A stretch of DNA of 40,000 nt from Ligilactobacillus equi DSM 15833 = JCM 10991 (GTDB lineage Bacteria; Bacillota; Bacilli; Lactobacillales; Lactobacillaceae): contig NZ_BAMI01000012.1 in assembly GCF_000615765.1 (NCBI RefSeq), forward strand, positions 4,009 to 44,008, in the 5' to 3' direction. Of the stretch, positions 8,964 to 16,454 are shown in pieces. Position numbers and translations under genes: made by a program. The notes below the pieces were generated by a model, which was not told the DNA's origin, searched no databases, and saw nothing but the letters and a program-made list of their open reading frames with translations. The stretch's first letter is position 1, and every line of letters starts with the position of its first letter.

Positions 8964-8976
8964 GTGGGACGCTTCA

Positions 8977-9585
8977 ATGCCAACAAAAGAAGTCAAGTAC
9001 GCTACTTTAAGAGCGGTAGGTAGAATTTATCGTAATGGTGCAATGAATAAAGCTGTTTTAGCTGATTTTAGGAATGCAACATCTATCGATAAATTACGCT
9101 CACAGGACTCCTTAGAGGCTATTTTAAGTAGTTTAGAGGAAGAGGACCTAAGTGTAACTGGCAATCCTTCAAAGGGCGAAAAAGCCGCTTTTGGAGCCTT
9201 ACACTTATACGCTATTGCACAGCAAAGACAAATTGCTTCTGCTTTAACCTTAACCAAAAAAGAACATGATACATCATTATTTGCTGTCTTAGGTAAATTA
9301 CGGTATGTATCTGATGAATTACGCATTAGTTTAGACCGAGTTTTAAAGCCCGTTCTAACAAGACCTAATTATGAGATGGCTGTACGTGAATTATCACATG
9401 CGCTTAAAATTGCCAAGCAACATGTTCAAAATATGAATATTGATTTTGCTCAACTGGCAGGCGATTTGTACTATATGCAATACAGCTTACAAAGTGCTAG
9501 GAAAGTACAACTACTATGGGCCCAAAAATACTATCGTCCATACAATGTAGTTACTAGTGAAGAAAACAAGGAAAACGCAAAATAA
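8977..9585 (+). CDS. cas11: Cas11 (Cse2/CasB), type I-E small subunit
   Basis: 202-aa helical ORF between cas8e and cas7. Cse2-like segment KAAFGALHLYAIAQQ. Call rests on position and size. Confidence 0.78.
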   Translation: MPTKEVKYATLRAVGRIYRNGAMNKAVLADFRNATSIDKLRSQDSLEAILSSLEEEDLSVTGNPSKGEKAAFGALHLYAIAQQRQIASALTLTKKEHDTSLFAVLGKLRYVSDELRISLDRVLKPVLTRPNYEMAVRELSHALKIAKQHVQNMNIDFAQLAGDLYYMQYSLQSARKVQLLWAQKYYRPYNVVTSEENKENAK

Positions 9586-9600
9586 GAAAGGAATTTCCAA

Positions 9601-10641
9601 ATGACACTATATTTAGATTTATCTGTAATCCAAACTGTTCCATCTGCAAACATCAATCGGGATGAAGTAGGCGCTCCTAAGAAAGCATATTACGGTGGCG
9701 TTTTACGTTCACGTGTATCTTCTCAAGCATGGAAACACGCTATTAGAGAAGATTTTGCTAAAGCTAATGTTGATACCGCATATCGTACTAAGTTAGTTCC
9801 TAAAAAGTTAGCCAAGCTATTACAAGCTAAAAATGGTGATTTATCTGATGAAGAAGCTATGGAATTATCTGTTGCTACTTTAACAAAGGCTAAGATTTCA
9901 GTTACTAAAGACAATGAATTAAGTGCCTTAATGTTTATTAGCAAGGGCCAACTTGAAAAGCTTGCTGATTACGTTTTGGAAAACAAGGAATTAAATGAAG
10001 ATCAGTTAAAAGTGATTTTACAATCTAACAATTCTGCTGATTTAGCCTTATTTGGTCGTATGGTAGCAAGTGATCCTACGCTTTCTGTTGATGCATCTGT
10101 GCAAGTGGCCCACACGATTTCAACTCATGAAATTGTACCTGAATTTGACTACTACACCGCTTTAGATGACTTAAAGACAAGTGCAGGGGCGGCAATGGTA
10201 GGGACTACTGAATATAACTCTGCAACGCTTTTCCGCTATGCAAATATCAATTTAGATGAATTATTGCACAACTTAGGCGACAAGAACATTACTCTTGATT
10301 CAGCAACTCAATTTATCAAGTCATTTATTAGCTCAATGCCTACTGGATACCAAAATGCTTTTGCTAACAAGACTATCCCTGAATATGTAATGCTCACACT
10401 ACGTAATGATACTCCGGTTAACTTGGTATCTGCTTTTGAAGAACCTGTTCAATCAACTAGTGGTTTTTCTCGTAAATCAGTAGAGCAGCTTGAAAAAGAA
10501 TACAAGAATACACTTAAATTCTTAGATGAACCAGTAGCAAACTTTGTATTAAGCAAGTATGACTCATCGTTAGAAGAACAAGTAAATAATCTTGCTGACC
10601 TGTTAGATAAAGTAAAGGATTCCTTTGTAAAGTTGGTGTAA
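9601..10641 (+). CDS. cas7: Cas7e (Cse4/CasC), Cascade backbone subunit
   Basis: 346-aa ORF. N-terminal LSVIQTVPSANINRDEVGAPKKAYYGGVLRSRVSSQAWKHAIR matches the CasC hallmark (N-x-N-R-D ... G-x-P-K ... R-x-R-x-S-S-Q). Confidence 0.92.
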   Translation: MTLYLDLSVIQTVPSANINRDEVGAPKKAYYGGVLRSRVSSQAWKHAIREDFAKANVDTAYRTKLVPKKLAKLLQAKNGDLSDEEAMELSVATLTKAKISVTKDNELSALMFISKGQLEKLADYVLENKELNEDQLKVILQSNNSADLALFGRMVASDPTLSVDASVQVAHTISTHEIVPEFDYYTALDDLKTSAGAAMVGTTEYNSATLFRYANINLDELLHNLGDKNITLDSATQFIKSFISSMPTGYQNAFANKTIPEYVMLTLRNDTPVNLVSAFEEPVQSTSGFSRKSVEQLEKEYKNTLKFLDEPVANFVLSKYDSSLEEQVNNLADLLDKVKDSFVKLV

Positions 10642-10644
10642 GTT

Positions 10645-11400
10645 ATGCGGACATTAACAATTAGACTAACTGGTGTTTTTCAATCTTACGGTGGAGAAAC
10701 AAATTTTTCTAGGAGAGGAACTAAGCCTTATCCTACAAAAAGTTCAATCATTGGAATGATTGCCGCTTCTCTTGGCTACAGACGTGATGACGATGCACAA
10801 ATCAACGAATTAAATAAATTGAATTATGCTGTTCGAATCGAGCAACTTGGCGATGTAACAACTGATTTCCATATTGTTCATTATGAAGGATACATCACTG
10901 GTAATAGGGGCCAGGTTAGCGGTTCTAAAATCACTTATCGAGACTATTTGCAAGATACAGTATTTTTAGTTGCTATTAGCAGTGAAGATGATGAGTTAAT
11001 TAATACAATTCGTCATTCACTAGCTCATCCCAAATTTCAACTATTTCTCGGTCGACGAGCAAGTGCTCCGGCAGGCGTTTTAAAGACAAGTATTTTTCCA
11101 AATATGACACCAATTCAGGTCTTAGAAAATGAGTCTTGGCAAGCAGCAGATTGGTATAAAAAACGTTTGAGAAAGTCTGAAGTAGCCTTAAAAATAGTAG
11201 CTGATGTTCAACTACTAAAAGGGCAGAAATACAAAATTTCTAGAGATACAGTTATCTCATTTTCTGAAAAAAAGCGAAAACATGGTTATCGAGGAATTGC
11301 AACTAAAACTGTTAAAGTTGCTAATGATAAGTATGTTGCTACTTCAACAAAGCATGATCCGTTATCGTTTTTTGAAACTGAAGTAATCGCGACAAAGTGA
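10645..11400 (+). CDS. cas5: Cas5e (CasD)
   Basis: 251-aa ORF. N-terminal LTIRLTGVFQSYGGETNFSRRGTKPYPTKSSIIGMIAASLGYRRDD matches the CasD pattern (L-x-G-P-x-Q-S-W-G ... R-x-T ... P-T-K-S ... G-L-x-A-A-A-L-G). Confidence 0.9.
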   Translation: MRTLTIRLTGVFQSYGGETNFSRRGTKPYPTKSSIIGMIAASLGYRRDDDAQINELNKLNYAVRIEQLGDVTTDFHIVHYEGYITGNRGQVSGSKITYRDYLQDTVFLVAISSEDDELINTIRHSLAHPKFQLFLGRRASAPAGVLKTSIFPNMTPIQVLENESWQAADWYKKRLRKSEVALKIVADVQLLKGQKYKISRDTVISFSEKKRKHGYRGIATKTVKVANDKYVATSTKHDPLSFFETEVIATK

Positions 11401-11436
11401 TGACGAAAAACATTGATTTGACAATGTTTCTTTAGT
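11401..11436 (+). promoter_or_regulatory. short leader of CRISPR array 1
   Basis: Only 36 nt separate the cas5 stop from the first repeat. Shares TTGACAA and AATGTTTYTTTAG with the leader of array 2. Confidence 0.5.
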
Positions 11437-11908
11437 GCATTCCCTACGTATGTAGGGGTGAACCTCAAGGTCTAAGAAAAGACCGACGCTATAAAACGCA
11501 TTCCCTACGTATGTAGGGGTGATCCTGACAGTCATACTAAAAGTTATAGAAGGGAGGGGCATTCCCTACGTATGTAGGGGTAATCCTGCTGAGTACATTA
11601 TTGAACAAGTTGATGAAGGAAATTTCCTACGTATGTAGGGGTAATCCTATCACTCCTGCAGCGGTTCATAATTTCAAGGAGTAGTCCCCACGTATGTAGG
11701 GGTGATCCTGCTGTGTTAATACTGGGGGAAACTGCAGATTCAGTTGTTCCCTATGTATGTAGGTGTGGCTCTATCGGCTTTTTGCGTGTTTCTTAAATGA
11801 TGTTCCCTACTGTTATGGGTGTTTTCCTGTATGTGTCTTCCTGTGTTCAAGGGCGATATTAGCTTGTATATTTGAAAGTTGTTTCCTACTTTTATTGTAG
11901 GAGTTTTA
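11437..11908 (+). CRISPR. CRISPR array 1 (type I-E repeat), located between cas5 and cas6e
   Basis: Six 28-nt repeats start at 11437, 11498, 11559, 11620, 11681 and 11744 (GCATTCCCTACGTATGTAGGGGTGAWCC). Period is 61 nt and spacers are 33 nt, the last 35. Decayed repeat-like units follow at ~11799-11828 and 11881-11908. Palindromic core is CCCTAC-GTAT-GTAGGG. Orientation is the same as the E. coli I-E repeat. Confidence 0.9.
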
Positions 11909-11923
11909 TAGAAAGGAAAAATT

Positions 11924-12541
11924 ATGTATTATTTATCACGAGTAGAAATTAACAATAAGAATGCAAAAGAAATTAAAGAATTCAACCACTTAGGTGCTTA
12001 CCATAATTGGGTAGAGCAAATGTTTCCTGAAAATATTGAAAATGGTGTTCGCCCACGTCATTTATGGCGTATTGATATCTTAAATGGTGTAAAATATCTA
12101 TTAGTACTAAGTGAAGAAAAACCTGATTTGGATATTTTAGAAAGTCATGGTATAAAAGGAACTGGAATTATTAAGGAATATGATAAGTTGCTAGACACCA
12201 TTAAAATAGATTCAGTATTAAAGTTTCGCTTAACAGCCAATCCTGTACGCCAATTTAATGGAAAAGCATATCCTCACGTTACCGTAAAACAACAAAGAAA
12301 GTGGTTGTTAGATAGAGCTGAAGCTAACGGCTTTACGTTAGATGATAATTACTTTACAATCGTTAGTCGTGATTATGTTCCATTAAAACGGAAAAATAGC
12401 AGAGGTTGCAATTTAAGTCGGGTATCTTTTGAAGGTATTTTAAAGGTAACTGATGTTGATAGCTTTAAAGATATATTAGTTAATGGCTTAGGGAGAGAAA
12501 AGGCGTTTGGTATGGGACTCATGACTGTTGTCCCATTTTAG
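11924..12541 (+). CDS. cas6: Cas6e (CasE) crRNA endoribonuclease
   Basis: 205-aa ORF with a GAAAGGA RBS. N-terminal MYYLSRVEIN and C-terminal GLGREKAFGMGLMTVVPF match CasE hallmarks (M-Y-L-S-R ... G-I-G-R-A-K-A-F-G-C-G-L-L). Confidence 0.9.
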   Translation: MYYLSRVEINNKNAKEIKEFNHLGAYHNWVEQMFPENIENGVRPRHLWRIDILNGVKYLLVLSEEKPDLDILESHGIKGTGIIKEYDKLLDTIKIDSVLKFRLTANPVRQFNGKAYPHVTVKQQRKWLLDRAEANGFTLDDNYFTIVSRDYVPLKRKNSRGCNLSRVSFEGILKVTDVDSFKDILVNGLGREKAFGMGLMTVVPF

Positions 12542-12604
12542 CAAAGTAACTAAATTTTATCTAGATGTGTTAGCAAGATGTTGACAAATCAATGTTTTTT
12601 TAGA
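12542..12604 (+). promoter_or_regulatory. leader of CRISPR array 2
   Basis: 63 nt lie between the cas6e stop and the first repeat. Contains TTGACAA (12581) and AATGTTTTTTTAG, a paralogous copy of the array-1 leader end. Confidence 0.5.
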
Positions 12605-13364
12605 GTGTTCCCTACGTATGTAGGGGTAATCCCGTCCAAGCTTATCTTGAAATGCCTTAGCTGCTGTGTTCCCTACGTATGTAGGGGTAATCCCTCAAGC
12701 TGGTCTTCCTCGAGCGCCCTTTTTTCGTGTTCCCTACGTATGTAGGGGTAATCCTAAAAGTGGCCACGGAGGATTAGGCGGTAATAAGTGTTCCCTACGT
12801 ATGTAGGGGTGAACCTTCTCGTTTTGCTGGTGGGGCGGACATGGGTTCGTGTTCCCTACGTATGTAGGGGTGAACCTTAAAGGTTGGGAAGAAGAACTAA
12901 GGACGGGAAGTGTTCCCTACGTATGTGGGGGTGAACCTGCAAATGTCCCTGCTCGTCCAAAAGACGCCCAGTGTTCCCTACGTATGTAGGGGTAATCCTA
13001 TATATACATTCAAACCTTGATATTAGCAATTGTGTTCCCTACGTATGTAGGGGTAATCCTGGTGCAGCTGACAAGACTAACCAAGTTAAGACGTGTTCCC
13101 TATGTATGTAGGGGTGAGCCTGATTAGTAATGGTATCTTGGTTGCTCTTGATAGGTGTTCCCTACGTATATGGGGGGTGAGCCTATATGTTCAAACCTTG
13201 ATATAGCAAGTAGTGTTCCCCACGTACGTGGAGGTGATTCCGTAGGTGAGGGTAAACCTGTAACACCGGGGTGTACGTTTCTTATTCCCTATGCTTGTAG
13301 GTGTGAACCCATAGATACTATGGATACTATATTTTCTTGTTCCCTATTTATGTAGGTGTGAGTC
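12605..13364 (+). CRISPR. CRISPR array 2 (type I-E), 13 repeats / 12 spacers
   Basis: Repeats start at 12605, 12666, 12727, 12788, 12849, 12910, 12971, 13032, 13093, 13155, 13213, 13282 and 13337. Consensus is GTGTTCCCTACGTATGTAGGGGTAATCC. The first nine sit on an exact 61-nt period. The last four are decayed, and the last four spacers are irregular (34, 29, 41 and 27 nt). Confidence 0.95.
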
Positions 13365-13407
13365 TGTAGAAGTTATTGAGGTTATCCAAAATTAAATAAG
13401 TAGTGCA

Positions 13408-13448
13408 TTTCTTATGTACATTCGCATAAGAAACAAGAAACTTTTTTC
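13408..13448 (+). terminator. putative terminator after array 2
   Basis: 9-bp stem TTTCTTATG / CATAAGAAA (13408-13416 / 13425-13433) with a T-run a few nt downstream. Confidence 0.4.
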
Positions 13449-13496
13449 AATAATGATATTTTGTTCTTTTTTGGCTACAATAAAGATTGAAATTTA

Positions 13497-13524
13497 TTGA
13501 CATTTTATCATTTTGAATTATAAT
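13497..13524 (+). promoter_or_regulatory. near-consensus sigma-70 type promoter
   Basis: TTGACA (13497-13502), 16-nt spacer, TATAAT (13519-13524). Lies ~60 nt upstream of the 13581 ORF. Confidence 0.5.
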
Positions 13525-13580
13525 TAATTTTAAAGAACAAAAACTTATAATTTAAAACCACAAAAAAGAACAGGAAGTGA

Positions 13581-14282
13581 GTGGAATCAATGGTTGAAAC
13601 TACGTTAAAGTCAAATATTGGCTTATCCTTGTGCGCATGGCTTGATTATTTGATTAGCAAGGGGATGATTTCTCGCAACAATAGAGATTATTTATCTGAT
13701 GTGATTTTAGAAATGGTATCAATGATGGGTTTACAAAAAAAGCCTGATATGCCTGAAAAAACACATATTATCAAATATCAGTACACCGATGATGTTGCTA
13801 AGTATAATGAGCATCAAAGAGAAGAGTTTTTAGCAAGTCTTAATCAGATTGGTTTCAACAATCAGTGCCAAATAGCAGATAAACTCTTTGACCAAGAAGT
13901 CCTGTTAGAAAAAGAAGTAGTGAATCTTAGCGATTATGTTGAGGTAAACAACTTAGGTAGTGATAATCCAATGTATGCACTAATTACAGAGTGGAATCAT
14001 GTGGTTAGATTGCTAAATAACTATTTAACTAAACTAGCGAAAAATGGGAAATATTCTGAAAACACAGTATCTGAATTTAGTGGGTTCATTGAACAAATGA
14101 TTGTTCTTTCTGGAATAACACGTTCATACAGGAACGGTTATTTGTTTGAACATAATGTGTATCTAACAGATATGTTTGAATCTTTAGCTCATGACTTAAA
14201 GCTAATAGGCTTTGAATATTGGAACTCTGTGAATAGCGATGATGAAGAATACCTGACGATTGCATATCCCGTTGCAAAATAA
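13581..14282 (+). CDS. hypothetical protein with two-fold internal repeat
   Basis: 233-aa ORF. The ATG at 13590 after AGGAAGTGAG is the likely start. Two similar halves (YLISKGMISRNNRDYLSDVILEMVSMMG versus YLTKLAKNGKYSENTVSEFSGFIEQMIVLSG). No family recognised. Confidence 0.45.
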   Translation: MESMVETTLKSNIGLSLCAWLDYLISKGMISRNNRDYLSDVILEMVSMMGLQKKPDMPEKTHIIKYQYTDDVAKYNEHQREEFLASLNQIGFNNQCQIADKLFDQEVLLEKEVVNLSDYVEVNNLGSDNPMYALITEWNHVVRLLNNYLTKLAKNGKYSENTVSEFSGFIEQMIVLSGITRSYRNGYLFEHNVYLTDMFESLAHDLKLIGFEYWNSVNSDDEEYLTIAYPVAK

Positions 14283-14307
14283 TACATAAGAAGGTTGGTG
14301 TAGTGGT

Positions 14308-14508
14308 ATGTCAGACTTGAATACACAATATGAAAAAATAGGGAAAGAATTAGTTACTCAATTAGGATATGATCCAAGAGTACTTGAATTTGCTAATGAA
14401 GATAATGGTCTTAGTGATTGGTACTGGGGGAAGGTATCAGAAATATTAGAAAATCGATGGCTTTTGAACTGCGTTAAAGAGTACTATGAGTCTTGTGTTA
14501 ATTGCTAG
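14308..14508 (+). CDS. hypothetical small protein
   Basis: 66-aa ORF with an AAGGTTGGTG RBS region. No motif recognised. Confidence 0.35.
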   Translation: MSDLNTQYEKIGKELVTQLGYDPRVLEFANEDNGLSDWYWGKVSEILENRWLLNCVKEYYESCVNC

Positions 14509-14710
14509 AGTAATGAAAGATGGTGATATGGTGAAGCACTATGGTCGTCATAAGGATAATCATTATTACAAGGGAATTAAAAATATTTTCTACCGAAAGC
14601 AGCATAGTTCCTGCGAAACTAAAAAGATACAGTATGCGACTAAACTGGATGCACTTATCGATATATCAGCGATACAGTACCAGAAAAAGAAAAACCGATG
14701 TCAACAGTAA
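14486..14710 (+). pseudogene. 5' part of a small gene apparently interrupted by the IscB element
   Basis: 74-aa ORF (likely start MKDGDMVKHY at 14513) that stops exactly where the structured omega-RNA region begins. A start-less C-terminal fragment in the same orientation lies at 16455-16571. Confidence 0.3.
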
Positions 14711-15040
14711 CCCCTCTATTCACTGAAGTAAGGGGCTTGAAATGAAAGTTTTAAGTCTGCTCACTTTGATGAGGATTCTGGAGCAATTCAGAATTTGTTG
14801 TCTAGACTAAGCAATCAGCTTCGGCTGATTGGAAAACTACGTTATTTTAGTCATCATACCTTATGAATGATACCCTAGTTTTAAGCTCTATGGAGGATAG
14901 TAAACAAGGATAAGGTTAATGTCCTAGTCGGCCCCTCATAACAAGCTAAAATAACATTGTCGAAGGGTAACCACATGTAACTGTTAGTTCTCTGATAGTT
15001 GCGTGATAAGGTACATGCTACCTTATAAAAAATGAAAGGA
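14711..15040 (+). ncRNA. putative IscB omega-RNA scaffold (guide expected at or just upstream of the 5' edge)
   Basis: 340-nt ORF-free gap directly upstream of iscB on the same strand. Stable hairpins: CCCCT..AGGGG (14711-14735), ATTCTG..CAGAAT (14775-14794), CAATCAGC-TTCG-GCTGATTG with a UUCG tetraloop (14812-14831), and ATAAGGTA-CATGC-TACCTTAT (15006-15026) abutting the RBS. IscB omega-RNAs are known to be encoded in exactly this position. Confidence 0.6.
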
Positions 15041-15050
15041 GAAAATCAAA

Positions 15051-16391
15051 ATGCAAAATCGAGTTTTTGTCATTAATAAACATGGTGAAGCTTTAATGCC
15101 TTGCAAACCGAGAACTGCTAGAAAATTATTACAAAGTGGCAAGGCTAAGCCTATTAAGAAAGAACCATTCACCATTCAACTATTGTACGGTGCAAGTGGT
15201 TATAAGCAACCTATTAACTTAGGTGTTGATAGCGGGCAACGTCACATTGGGCTTGCGGTAACAAGTCAAGATAAAGTTTTATTTCAAAGCGAAGTCGAAT
15301 TGCGCCAAGACGTTAAGAAACTTCTTGAAAGAAGAAAAACTTATCGTCAAGGTAGACGGAACCGTAAGACACGTTACCGTCCAATGCGTTTTTTAAATCG
15401 CATCAAAAGTAGAAAAAATAACTGGTTGCCACCGTCGGTACAAAGTAAAGTTAATCACAACATTAATTGGATTAAACGCATGTTAACGGTGTTACCAAAC
15501 CCTGAATTACACATCGAAGTTGGTAAATTCGATATGCAAAAAATGAAAGACCCTGCCATTAAAGGTGAAGGTTATCAAAAAGGGGACTTGTACGGCTATC
15601 AAACGGTTAAGCAATACGTCTTAGCTCGTGACCAATATAAATGCCAAGTCTGCAAGAAAAAAGGCGGTAAGTATAAAGGAAAAATCGTTAAACTCAAAAT
15701 TCACCACATTATTTACCGCTCACAGGGTGGTACCAATGCCCCTGCTAACTTAATTACCGTTTGTGCTGATTGCCACACTTATCAAAATCATCAACCAGGT
15801 GGCATCTTATATGCCTGGTATCAGAAGAAAAAGAAAGTAACTAAGCCTTTGAAAGGCGCAACCTTTATGAATATTCTCCGTAGGAGATTATGGAATGCCT
15901 TTCCTGATGCCAAGTTCCAGTATGGGGCGCAAACCACTTTACAACGGGCAAATTTAGGCTTGGCAAAATCGCACTACAATGATGCCGTTACAATTAGTGG
16001 TATTGAACATATTAGTGAAAAGCCAACAAGTATCGTGATGTTTAAACAATTTCGCAAGAAAAAGCGTTTCTTACACGAAGCAACCGCACGCAAAGGATGT
16101 AAAGACAAGGAAGGGCACAGAAACAAGAATGTCACCAGTAAACGGAATGCCAAAAACACCAAAGAAGCAAACGGCTTTTGGCTTAATGATTATGTCAGAA
16201 TCAAGAACAGTAAACTTAAAGGCTACATTAGTGGCTTTACAGGGAGTTCCTGTTATATCAAGGATTGTCTTGGCAATTATCTGACTCTTAATACGTACAA
16301 GCAAACAAACTTGTCTAATGTTGAATTTATTAATCATAGAAATAATTGGTGTAATACCAGTATTTCCGAACAAAGATACGTTATGGAATAA
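15051..16391 (+). CDS. iscB: IscB, RNA-guided RuvC/HNH nuclease (Cas9 ancestor family)
   Basis: 446 aa. PLMP domain (KHGEALMPCKPRTARKLL). RuvC-I (LGVDSGQRHIGLAV). Arg-rich bridge helix (RRKTYRQGRRNRKTRYRPMRF). RuvC-II (ELHIEVGKFD). HNH (CQVCKKKG ... IHHIIYRSQGGTNAPANLITVCADCH). RuvC-III (KSHYNDAVTI). C-terminal TID-like domain. AAAGGAG RBS. Confidence 0.87.
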   Translation: MQNRVFVINKHGEALMPCKPRTARKLLQSGKAKPIKKEPFTIQLLYGASGYKQPINLGVDSGQRHIGLAVTSQDKVLFQSEVELRQDVKKLLERRKTYRQGRRNRKTRYRPMRFLNRIKSRKNNWLPPSVQSKVNHNINWIKRMLTVLPNPELHIEVGKFDMQKMKDPAIKGEGYQKGDLYGYQTVKQYVLARDQYKCQVCKKKGGKYKGKIVKLKIHHIIYRSQGGTNAPANLITVCADCHTYQNHQPGGILYAWYQKKKKVTKPLKGATFMNILRRRLWNAFPDAKFQYGAQTTLQRANLGLAKSHYNDAVTISGIEHISEKPTSIVMFKQFRKKKRFLHEATARKGCKDKEGHRNKNVTSKRNAKNTKEANGFWLNDYVRIKNSKLKGYISGFTGSSCYIKDCLGNYLTLNTYKQTNLSNVEFINHRNNWCNTSISEQRYVME

Positions 16392-16454
16392 AAGAAGAAA
16401 TAGAAAGGAGTCAGCTTTTCAAGCTGAGAGCTATCCATCCCACAACTAAAGTAA

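Noticed and set aside
11286-11562. Track ORFs 11286-11468(-) and 11362-11562(-) overlapping the cas5 end and CRISPR array 1
   Set aside because: Their repeated peptide motif (TPTYVGNA) is simply the CRISPR repeat translated antisense. They have no RBS and are array artefacts.
11418-12586. TTGACA hexamers in both CRISPR leaders (11418-11423, 12581-12586) as -35 boxes of array promoters
   Set aside because: No acceptable -10 hexamer lies 16-18 nt downstream in either leader. I treat them as a conserved leader motif rather than calling promoters.
13155-13355. Track ORF 13155-13355(+) inside CRISPR array 2
   Set aside because: It spans four decayed repeats and their spacers, so it is an artefact of the array.
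6866-16391. CRISPR-associated transposon (CAST) explanation for the Cas3-less Cascade
   Set aside because: No ORF in the window looks like TnsA/TnsB (DDE), TnsC (AAA+) or TniQ. The only transposon-related element is the IscB unit, which lacks a transposase.
14711-16391. IscB as the dedicated effector nuclease of the Cascade
   Set aside because: IscB has its own guide-RNA region and appears to be an IS-type insertion that splits another gene. Adjacency alone is not evidence of functional coupling, so it is kept only as a low-weight hypothesis.
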